64,000 nt of DNA from assembly GCF_021869535.1 (NCBI RefSeq), contig NW_026262679.1, positions 69,750,001-69,814,000 on the forward strand, read 5' to 3'. Made by a program: the position numbers and the translations under genes. Positions 1-12,100 of this stretch are shown in pieces. The DNA comes from Mytilus californianus (lineage: Eukaryota). How positions within the stretch are numbered: the first letter of the stretch is position 1; the number at the start of each line of letters is the position of its first letter. The notes under the pieces are model-generated. The model was not told the origin of the DNA, did no database searches, and saw nothing but the letters and a program-made list of their open reading frames with translations.

Positions 1-139
1 GGACTTCCAACTTCATCAAAATCTACCTTGACCAAAAACTTTAACCTGAAGCGGGACATACGGACAAACGGATGACCAAACGGACGAACAGACCGAAAAA
101 ACATAATGCCCTTCTACTATCGTAAGTGGGGCATAAAAA
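1..139 (+). mobile_element. 3' end of a Helentron-associated non-autonomous element (HINE/DINE-like), cut by the window edge
   Basis: GGAC(A/G) microsatellite-like run, then hairpin ATGCCC...GGGCAT (106-134) and an A-run. Confidence 0.7.
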
Positions 140-2619
140 TACAAAATTTAGTATTCTTTAATGAGACAGCAAACCATCATCACAATAACTCACAAAAGGA
201 ATGAATTTTTAGCCGTTGGTGATGCCTGGAATATTGATTAAAGATCTAAGCAAACACTAGTTACTATTATGGAATTAGGCTAAGTTCAGAACTTACATTA
301 TTTAACAGACAACATTAATGTAGATTTTCAGAAATGGAAATAGCTATTCCTTTGTATCAATTCAAAATTTCTTTGTTCTAAGATTCCCTGTATTTAATCA
401 AATTCATTTTATAAGTACTCAGTGGTCTGGAAATAAACAGGCCTTCCTATATAAAATTAACATGGTTAACAAGAGTCGTATGGTTTTCAAGAGATGTGTA
501 TGAAAGAATATAATTTTGATCTCTGTTTAGATTTAAAATTAAAATAAATATGGTGTTTAATATTTATATATAGTGAAAGAAAAACAAAGGATACTAGAAC
601 ACAACCGCGACATCGCGGGTCCGTAGCTGAATTATAGTACTTGCGCCTAATTTTTAGCACGAATTTTTAGTATTAGTATTGTCATCTGATAAAGTCACGC
701 TGATTATAAGGTTGCACAGTTTTCTTACTTGTTTTTATTGCATTTTTTATATTTTGGGGATGAGCGAATCAGGTGAGCATATGTTCGTCTGTTTTATTGC
801 ATTGTATTTATTGTTTTTGGGGGGTTAAATTTCTGGTAGTAAGACCCATTACGGCCAGGCTGGGAAACTGGGTAGGCAAATGCTCTCATTAAATCTGTAC
901 TGATACAGTGTGTTAAATGTCCTCCTTAACACCATAACCAATGGTGGTGCTCCTATTAAAGAAGGAAGATACATAACATACATACACTACAACCGGAAAC
1001 TCCAGGTGACATATACTATTGGTATCGGTATCAGATTCGACCCGGAACTTGTTTATTATTGGTAATATTAATTATGAAAAACAAAAGGGCCTAGAATGGT
1101 GTAATTTCTGTATTTATCTAATAAATGAATTTAGTTTTTTTTACAGTTAACAAATAGATTCAGTCTGGAGTTAAAAGTTTGTTACACATCAATTACTTTA
1201 TCAAACCTTCATAGAATTTTATGAAATTTTGGCACAAGCTTTTTTATGATTAAGAGATAATGCCTGAAGCAGACTTTTGAAAAAAAAATTTTCATTTCAG
1301 TTTTTTCTGATAGATGGACTAAGTTGTTTACAGTCAACATTTACAAACAGTCTGGGATTAAACTTTTTTGACATGATAAATTTTTAAACCTGCATGAATT
1401 GTTATGAAACTTGTACAAAAGCTAATCTTCAACACCACGAAATAGCATCTAAAGACAATTTTTTTTTAAATTCCATATTTTACTGATAAATGGACTCACT
1501 TTTTAAGTCAACATTACACTTTTACAGTGATAGCAGCAATTGCTGGCGAGACACATGGTTCCGTAGAACCCCTTACAAATTTTCTGTATTCTTGTCTTTC
1601 ATTTTGCTTCTGTGCTTTGTCTATAGATTGTCTATATACCATTTTGTTTTTCCTTGTTGACATTGTTGTTTGTTTTTATGGTGATTAAGATTATAACACA
1701 ATATTGACTGCTGTACCCCAATTTTTTACATTTTCACCTATTAATATGTCTGTTTGTTTTGCTCACACTATGTCGTCAATATAATGGAATTCTATGCGAC
1801 CGTTATACAAGTGAGAGGTTTATATAGCTATAAAACCATGTTTAATCTACCATTTTCTACATAAGCAAATGCCTGTGCCAAGTCAGGAATATGACAAGTT
1901 ATTTTCCATTCGTTTGATGTGTTATACTTTTGATTTTGCCATTTGATAAAGGACTTTCCTTGGAGTTCAGTATTTTTTGTTATTTTACTTTTTAGGTATT
2001 GGTGGTTGGCATGGTCTGTTGTACTGTCCTTATAATTGGTTATTACTGTTATCCTTTTTTGTTTTATTGGTTGTTCCTCTAGTACTTCTCTTGGTTTAGG
2101 AGTGGGGGTGGGGGGGGGGGGGGGGGGAATAGATGGAGCTTTAACCTTCCAAGGAAACATACATATAAATATCAAGAAAATTGGTCAATAAAAACAACAA
2201 TTATCACATCATAATATGGTGTACCTAAATAGTATGCTGCATAAAAAGCAATGAAAACAATTGGAACTGTGAGCTATTAATCACTAATGATAACCAGCAT
2301 AAAGTATTCGGTAAACAGGAAGTTGAATAGCAATGGATGTGAAAACCAATCACACTGTATAACATGCTCGCATAACTGTTGATAACAAATTGCAGGGTGC
2401 TGTGATTTTGTAGATTCAGAGAAAAATGTGACAAAAATTTTATGCATGTTCATTATGTGTAAGAATATATCAGTATTAGCGTAAACAGGAAGTAAATGAG
2501 TGATGTGTGTGTAAAATGCAGAACACCATATAGCATTTTTACTGGAAGCTTGATAATAAATTTCAAACATGGCCATTCTGTATTAGGATATATATAAGTA
2601 TTGGTAAACAAAAATTTAA

Positions 2620-2750
2620 TGAGCCTTGAAAGCGATTTTCAGGAAGGTCTGATTTCTAGTTCCTGAAAAAAATGAGATGGACATTTCATAAGATGGACGG
2701 ACAGACACGGGAAAAACAGTATACCCCTCCTTTGGAGCCGGGGTATAAAA
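2620..2750 (+). mobile_element. 3' fragment of a HINE/DINE-like element
   Basis: GGACGGACAGAC, then hairpin TATACCCC...GGGGTATA (2720-2747). Confidence 0.65.
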
Positions 2751-2837
2751 GTACATCTTGGTGATAACCAAACTGCAATGAATTAAACACTTAAGCAAAA
2801 CATCATGAATAAAACATAATGCCTCAAGTCAATGCCC

Positions 2838-2843
2838 TTTATT
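2838..2843 (-). terminator. Candidate polyadenylation signal (AATAAA) of SERAC1
   Basis: TTTATT on + strand about 115 nt past the SERAC1 stop; a weak signal in AT-rich DNA. Confidence 0.4.
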
Positions 2844-2957
2844 AAATAAAACAACAATCTTTTCTAACATCTTCAACTAGATAATTGAACCCCATATGTT
2901 AAAACCTTCCATATGATGAATGAACTGCATTGTGAATGGTGTTGTCTGTCCACACTG

Positions 2958-3136
2958 TTATCTATCAGAGTCTTTAAATGTCATCCCAGCTTTGAGGATG
3001 TTTTCTATCCTGCCCTTAAGTAGACATCGTCGTATAAATTTAAGTGTTTCTTGATAAAGTTCTGAGTCTCTGTCCCAAGGTTTACATATGTTCAGATGAC
3101 TGGTTTTCATAGCATGAAATTCTCCAATACCAGGAT
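2958..3136 (-). CDS. SERAC1: SERAC1 last coding exon ([21 protein letters not shown]...DSDR*)
   Basis: HLNICKP motif with the catalytic His; TTTTTTGTAG acceptor; stop TAA at 2958-2960. Confidence 0.95.
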
Positions 3137-6100
3137 CTACAAAAAAATGTTCAGAAAATAATCTAAAATTCTTGGTACTCATAAAAACAAAGATTCACAC
3201 TGATTAAAATATATTTTGACAATATCTAGACATTGAAATACTTCTAAGATGAAGACATTTTCAATGTTAATTTCAAATACATTGTACTGGCTGCTTTCTT
3301 GATCATAACAACTAACGTTATTGCCAGTTGGTTAATGAAATGAAAATAATATGTGCTACTTATTTAAAGATATACAACTTTATTTAATTAAAGTTTACTG
3401 GTTTTATATATATTGTTATTTTTATGATTTGTATGTCTCAGCTCTGATTGGATTCTTCAATAAATAAATTAAATTTTCCACCTGACTTAATTCAGCCTTC
3501 AAAGTTTTTTATTTGATTTGAACCAAAAACTTCTGTGTTATTTATTTTAAGATATGATGGGTATAAAGTTACTACTATCGGGCATGTGAAAAATATGGAT
3601 ATTATCTTGAAAAATATACTAAAAAAGTCTCCTGATTTTCAATAAACAGCTTTGCCAGATATGCTCATTGTACGCATATTGAAATCGTTTAAAAAAACAA
3701 AAAAAGAATATATTGTAGATGGCATTCAAACACAGGTCAGAAAAATTGCTTGCAGAAAAATTTCATTAGGACATCCTTCAGCTTATAAAATTTGCCTGTA
3801 ATTTGATGGTTGGGGTCCCATAGCTCTGGTACGGCAAATTCCAATTTTTTTTCAAAATTTAAATTCCTCACTTGTACCTTTCCCAAAATATAAAGTTTAA
3901 AGAAAATTAATCACACTTGAGTTGAGCAGTGCCCAACTAGTGAAATATTGCTTATTCAATTTCTAACTTGGTTAGTCCTGAAACTCTTGGATGACAAATT
4001 GGAAAATATTCAAAATCGAAAGGTTTCTTACATTTACTGATCTCAAAAAACAACTGTAAAATGCTGGGTAGATGGACAGATAGATAAACTAATCAAAGAA
4101 ACCAGGCTTATAATTTTGTATGCTAGACACAAATTTCCTCAACAAAAGACTCATGGGTGATGCTTGAATCAAAAAAGTTAAAAGGCAAAATAAAGTACAA
4201 TTTGAAGAGCCATTGAGGACAGATAATTCTGAAAGGTTTTGCCAAATACAGTTAAAGTTTTCTATTCCTGGGGTAGAAAATCCATAGAATTTCGAACATT
4301 TCAAATAGACAAACAGGGATACCATAATATGTGCTGTTGATGACAAGTGTATAAATTTATCTTGTATTTATTCTTACCACTAGATTCTGGTGGTACTATG
4401 AGCATTTTCAGTTTAGGTGTCCTTATTTGGGTTTTCTCTAATTCTCCAAAACTTAGACAGGGAATTCCATGTTCCATAACAAGCTGCTGGAAATCTTTAT
4501 GCAATCTTCTTAACATTGGTGAATCTGTATAAATGCAAGGGTCAAATAATGTAGAGTTCCTATAAAATTTCGAATAAATTTTAATATCTTGAGTTGCTCC
4601 CCTTTGTACATAATTTGTACTGATAATTTTTGTTTAATTTTTTAAAATAAAATATGTGTTGTTATTTTTTTTTGTGTGCAGACTCTTGTATTCTACAGGT
4701 TTCATCATTTATACAGTTTTCCAGTACATTTCTATGATTTTTTTCTTGTTGCACCTTTATTTAACAATCTCAAACCAAACAATATTGAATTTTACCTTAA
4801 GTATATCCAGACAGACATCCCATTTTTTAAAGACCCTGATACATATTTTGACATGTACCATTTAAGGTTGATATTCAAAATATAAGATATTTTTGTTATA
4901 ATTTTGGAAATTATAATTTTTTTTCAAAATCAAAGGAATCAAACAAATATCCAATGTCAAATCAAATCCAGCACTTCAATATTTGCATGATACAAACTGC
5001 CAGTCATAAAAGTATGTCATTGTGTTAATTAATACACTAATGGTGACAGCTTCCTTAAAAGTCAATGTTATATAGTTTTGGCTGAACTATCTAGGCCTTT
5101 TTTTGGACAATATGCTTTCAAAAGATTTGTATTTTTGCTTTTCCAAACTTTTGGTCATAAGCCTACCTGATGAATAAAGTTTTTCCGGAAGAATAAAAAA
5201 AAAGATATTGATTTAATAGGTTTGAAAAAATGTGTGTTTTTTCCTAAATCAAACACTGTGTATAGCAAAAATATACATTTTACACAGAGTATAGTAAAAA
5301 TCTAAGCTTTATAAGGAGCTGCTTCAATATAAATTAATCACTAATTCAGTACCTCTACCCATTTCTTTGACTTCCACAGTAGGAGCTACAATGAGACTGG
5401 CCTGATTGGACAGGTGTGCCAGGCTGGAGCCCCTATGTGGAGTACTGTAGAACAACACACCCACTGTATTATTCACTAAATAGTGGAGTCCAGGAGTATC
5501 ATCAGCAATGGACAGAATCTGTTTGATAAGTAAGCCTGAAAAAGAAAAATTAATATATAGTATATACTATTTCTTTTTTGCTTCCTTTCTTTTTCATATT
5601 AACATCCCATGGAATTATTGGTCCAAATTCATAGGTTTTGATGCATGTGCCTTTTCTTTCATCTTTTAAGGTATATTGGCTTTATGGTCATCCAGTGTTC
5701 TCCCCAGAGGATTTGGATAGCATCACATTTGGCATAAAAAGAATAAATTGTATTTTTTTTTCAATGTCATTTGTCGCGTCACGGCAATGCTCTATTTCCT
5801 TTAAGTAATGTTTATATTGTTCAATTCATAACTGAGAATACAATGAAGGTACAACAGTTGTTTCAGTTTATGTCTTCAGTATTCATTTAAAGTTACAGAA
5901 TTATTTTTTCCTCTTGTCAGAAACTATTAACTAAATATCTAGTACAAAAAAGAACTTTTTTATATCAAAAAGGAAAAGAAAGTACCATATAGTAATAAAA
6001 TTTCAATCAAAAAACTATTTACATTTAGCAAGGAGATCTAACAAATAATCTGTTAATGCGTGTGGAATGCGTAGTTTTCCCTTTTGGGATCATTATTACT

Positions 6101-9100
6101 GTCAGCTGTGCCATTTGTGCGTCTGTAGTTATTATCGTAATCGGATTTTGGTAATAGCTGGTCCGCTTCCGATGAATCCCACATCCGATCTGTAGTTTGT
6201 ACAAATATTTCAATGGCGGTCGAAGAAAAATTAACGAAAATAAACAATGTTTGACAAGCGGTTTGGAATGAATATGACACTTTAAATACAATAAATGGAT
6301 GAACCATTAACTAAGGCAACTTTCATCACGTTCTAATGAAGTATCAAACTTATTTTGCCGAAAATCAAAATGTTTAATGTACGCTCTCGAGTAACAAGTA
6401 CCGGAAGGGAAAGAAAATACTTCTTTAAAAGTTGTTAGTTTGAAATAGCATACTACCCATCTGTCAAGTCAGTGCTTTCACCTCTTTTCTTAAGAAATAA
6501 ATCGTTTATATCTTTGAATTCTCTACTTGTAATGGACATGAAAAAAATTGCGTTGGTCTGCCATATTGTTAACATCGATGTACCCCGCATAGGTTTTTCT
6601 TATCTAAGGAGACGGTTATGCCATGATGCAAACGTAGATTTTCGAAATGTTTATTAACTTCTGATTCCATTTTCTCAATGTCAAAATTTGCGATTGGACC
6701 ACATGTTATTAGTCATGTCATAAGTGTCAGCTTGGGATATTCGTATCCAAACAGTTATCGCCCAAAGGGCAATTAACACCTATTCAATCACTCTTAATTG
6801 CTTCTATTGTCTGACTTCAAGGGATAACAATTAAAGGTGATATAATTTTTATGATCACAAGGGGTAATTAGATGAAAGTTAAAAAATTAGGACATCTATT
6901 TTGTAGCAATGTATAGAGACAAGAAAAAAATAGCATCCTCAAAATAATTATAGCGTCAGGTTAATTATTATAGCGTCACAGAAAAAAAATTTAGCGTTGC
7001 AGTGCCTCAACGCTAAAACGGCCTGGGGAGATCACTGTCATCCATAATATTCAACCATTTTCCTAAGTATGCAAACAGTTAACACACACTTTTTTTTAAC
7101 CCCTTTCTTCCCACAGAGTGAGCATCAATCAATTTCAATTTAATAAAACTGTACTTAGCGAAACAAAAATATATCTATTCAGGAACGTAAAAGTGTGCAT
7201 GAAATATTTTGTCGATTTTACCCGCCCAATGCTTTGGAAAATAGGTGGCAATAATGGGTGACCTCTTATGCTATTTTTAAGTTATTAATGACTTGATAAA
7301 ATTATTTGCTGTCTACAAAGAAAATTCTAGATGCATCAGTAGCATCTCAAGTGCTTACCTCCCATGGAATGACCAACCCATATAATTGGTCTGGAGCCTA
7401 TGTCTGCCTTTTCTAACTTCTGTAATATGCTTGATGCCCTCACAGTTAGGGACCTCCTAAAAGAACAATATAAAATTTGGTCTCCTCAGTGTCTAAAATT
7501 TCTATTGTTGGTCCCCCAAGGGTGAACATTTTAGATTTTAGTTTCCAATGGAATTTAAATTTTCATAATTTAAGATAATATATCCTAAAGTGGAAAACTT
7601 AACTTTTACTGTTGAAGGTTATTTTTCTCTTTTTTTTAGAGTTAGAAACAGTAGTAATCCACTCAACATTAACAAGCATGTTTAAAAAGCCTTGAAAATC
7701 ACAAATATTTGTTTTCATCCAAAATAGCTTCAGTTATGGATCTATTTGTTGGCTTGACAGTTGTTGGTGTTGGTAGCTAGTCCTATCTACTTGACCAAAT
7801 AAAAGTTGAAGATGATTGGAGAGTTAACCAGCAACTGGGGAAAAATTGGATAATATTCTTGGTATTAGAGCCTATTGTATTACACTTTTCTCGACCTTCA
7901 AATCTGTCAACCCTCCACCTCAACAAAAAAAGAAGAAAATTCTTGTGATACATGTAAAATAATGATTGTTTGTGTGTTAACATTTTTTTTAAATTATAAA
8001 ATATAGTGTGAAAGTAAAAATAAATTATTTAGAGAACCTAATCTGAGCAAACCATACTTTTCTGTCTCAAAAGGGCAGTTTGCATTCCAGGTACTCAAAT
8101 CTGTATCATATTCCACAGATAATATACGAATATTACCACAGTCTTTTGCCAACCAATCCTGAAAATATTCCATTTCACACATTAACTATAATAATTTAGT
8201 TTTAAACAATCAAGAATGTTAAGTATAATAAATAGGTTCAGCACACATAAAATGAAGATACATGCCAAATAACAACTGCACTATCCTATTTTTGTAACAC
8301 AATCTCTTTACATATACTTTGAGTTGAATGGTTCAAGAAAGTGAGAAATATTAGAATTATAATATAAGTAAGGAAACATGTCTGTTCACAAACAATATTA
8401 TATTTAGTGCACATATAAAATTAGAAAACAAGCAGTTTCTCCCTTGTCAACTTACACTGTGTCAATTCAATCGGCAATCTTTTTTTTATTTTAAACTTTA
8501 TCATTTAATTTATGAACAAAATAATTTGGCATAAACACAATATTCTGTTTTACCTATCTCTTTCCGGTGTTAATATTAAAGTATCTAAATATGTAAGTTT
8601 TAATACCTTGGGCCAGCAGAAAGTATAAGTTCCTTTCTTAACACTTTCTGTACCATCTGAAGATTTATCTGCCCCTGGTCCTTTACGATCTTGTTGTCTC
8701 CAGGTCTTAAATGGTCCTCCTAGCAAGCCATGAACAAATACAATATCTGCATTTATGGATTCCCTGAAAAAAACAAAAAGACACTATACAATATGTTTTT
8801 CTATTTAATACTGTAAATTCAGAAATTATTGTGTGCATTTATTACTGCGATTTTTGAAGAATGGACAAAAATGCGAGATTAATTATTGTGATTTCAGGAA
8901 AATCTGCATACAGATACTAAAATGCGAGTTCTCATCAGTGAGATACTCAGACAGTTGTATTATTCGCATTAATAAAAACCTCGCAATAATTTCTGAATTT
9001 AAAGTAACTTCTAATTGTAATGAAATTGACATCTATTTCATTGTTATTATTTCTATTACGTTATATTAGGATTCTCCATTTTCTATTATATGACTTCTTG

Positions 9101-12100
9101 TTGAACTAGTTTCGTAAGTATTTTAATTATTAGTCGCTGTATTAGTGCTACTAAGATATTTTCTTTGGCACTATTACAGGTGGGGTTCTATAGCAGTGTT
9201 CTCCCCAGATATTTCATATATGATCCTGGTAAACAGTGAAATTTTAAATACCATCTTGTTTCTAAAAATTATAGCATCACATACATAGCACAATCTATTA
9301 GAATATCAATTCAGATAGCATCACATTCAAGAAATATAGCATCACATTACCATGATGCTATAAGGCCCTGGGGAGAACACTGCTATAGTCATATATAAGT
9401 CCAATACTTGTAAATATGTATCAAGGTGCTCATAGTAACTTCTTAGTACAACACATTCTGCATAGTACATTATTTACAGTATTTTGTTTTGATTAAGTGT
9501 ATAGCTGGGTTTGTGTTTGGGTAGAGATATTTGTAATATTCTGTTAGCTTTATTAAATATTGTATTGCACGGAAAAAAATTAAGTTACTGCAAGCAAACC
9601 AAGACTTGTTTATGACTCGCTTCTTATTAAGCCATGTATATAGATAAGAAGTGTTTTAAATTTAGATCAATTTATGTGGGAGAATTTAAAGTGTAAGAAT
9701 ACATTCTTTTATTTCTAACATTCAGTGCAGGATTGTCTCCCTTTTTAGAAATTTATGTCAATGTGCTGCTGTAAAAAATGTTGTTATGACAATTTTTTCT
9801 GATATTCAGATCCTTAGTACTGATTTTTTTTTTTTTTTTTTCCTTTATTCATGAATAGAAAATATTCTGTTGCTAAGTGTCTTTTGAAAATACTCTTTGC
9901 ATATGATTTCAACTTTTTTTTGTAAGTCCTGAAAGATGAGAATATTCTACTGAGTGAACCTGCATTAGCAGTCTGAAATATATAAGTGAAAGCTCACTCA
10001 ATGAGCTCTTACTTAATAAAAACAGAACTTCTGTGATATAAAAATTTGTATAGATTATATCCTAATGGTTAATTAACTGTAAACAAAGACTAAATTTAGA
10101 CAGAAACTGCCTTCAAAGAGCTGAACAGAACACCTATAAGATTTAACCTTCTATAAAGGTAACATCTTTAAGAAAACATGAACGAGCAATTACACATAAC
10201 ATTTAAATATACTTTGTGTACCACTACCTTGGTCTGTATTGAAAACATTATCTAGTTGTTTGATATTGGATGGCTTTTAATTTTAAATTAAATGTGCTGT
10301 GTTGTAAATTAATATGTAGCTGCACCATTATCCCATGATATACCGTTATTATGCATATTGCAATTGTTGCAAGAATAAAATGGGATATTAAGAAGACATT
10401 TAATCAGAGGCAAATAAAATGGCTCAATATAAAAACATGCCTATTGATACTCTTAGGAATATAAATATTGTGATAAATATGACTGTTAACTGTCACAGAA
10501 CTCGGGAATGATAAACTAGAAAATATTAACAATCAAAAGCTAGTCTACACTCACAAATAAAAAACAAAATCTTTAACTTTGTAATAATTTACTCTTAAGC
10601 ATACTAGAGCTAGTGCATGAAATTTAAAAGATACCTTTTATTCATTTGATGGTCAAAGTCCCATAACTCTGGAATTACATATCAGATTTTTTTTTTAAAT
10701 CTATCGGTGTGTAATGTTTACCAATTCCATAAATTATGTCAAGTTAATCAATCCAAGCAAACTCAAGATATGGCACAACATGTGAAAAATTAACTTAAAT
10801 CTATCATTTAAAATCTGATAACTTTGGAACAAAAAACAAGAAAAATTTAAAAAATCGAAGGGAGCTTCCTTTCATCAATCCCAGTATAAATAATGTAAAT
10901 TTTTGAGTAAATCAATCCTAGCATACTTAAGTTTGTGCGCAATATGTGAAAAGTTGTCTTAAAATATAACAGTTAAAGTTCTGAAATTCTGGAACAACAA
11001 AGCCAAAAATTTTCAAAATCTAAAGGGAACTTTTTTCTGTCAATGCATATCTTGTGTTAAAATTACATGAGAATTTGTTAAAGCAAATTAGAGTTATCAT
11101 ACAGAGTGTTGATGAATGAATGGATCAACACAGGGAAGGACAAATGAATGGACTATGATATACAATAGTCTTCGACAGGTGTATACAATTGTACAAAAAG
11201 TAAAGTTGCAACTCACTATTGCAAATTGATATTGGTTTGTATCAGTCAAAGATAGCTTCATGTCAAAGCCAGTATTTAGTAAACAAAGGAAATACTCTGA
11301 TGCCATGAGTTTGGGAAAAGTAATAAATTTTTTAAGCAGCAAAGTAAACTAAAATAAAAGCAAGTAATAGCTTGAAGAAAGTCAACTTCATAAGTTTTTA
11401 TTTGACATTTTAATGTTAAAAATCTACTCATCCTGAAAACTTAATACAAAGTAGCAAGAAACTTTGGTCGAGCCCATACCACATCTGTCACCCAAAATTT
11501 ATTCTTTACAAATAAATCAACATAATGGATACCCAATTAAGGATGTTCGCTCCTCTTCGTTTTCGAATTTTTGTCAGATATTCAGAATCCTCTGGTTTTA
11601 TCCATGTAGTGCTACTTTTCATAATTATATTACATATAGTTTAAAAAGCCATATTTGAAAATCTTATAAAATCCTTGTTATTTTTTAATAGTTTTTGAAG
11701 GAAAAAAGGTGCCAATGTTAACTTAAATATATGAAAAATCTAGAGAAAATCATTTCCCGCAAAATTTTCAATGGCTTATATCTGGAAAACAAGCACACGG
11801 ACCCCATTTTTCTGCTTTTTTAGTTCCTTTATTCATATACTTTCAATTTATAACAGTCGTTTAAAAAGCTTGTAATTTTGAAACAAAGTAGCGAACATCC
11901 TTAACTTCCAGCTATAAAATAAGTTATACCCAATTCTTTTCCTTGCATTGATGTATATGGTAATCTTTGTATAAAATGGTGAGTGACTAAATCTTTTTCC
12001 TTTACTTTGGAAAATTAAACTTACTTTTCCCTATATATTGGGTGAATGAGGTAGACTCCATCTTCATAAGTGCAAGAAACAAAATCTTTGTCTAGATTAG

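Noticed and set aside
1828-2175. 115-aa ORF with poly-Pro
   Set aside because: Produced by the poly-G tract at ~2103-2127 plus a reversed dispersed-repeat fragment; no splice or domain support.
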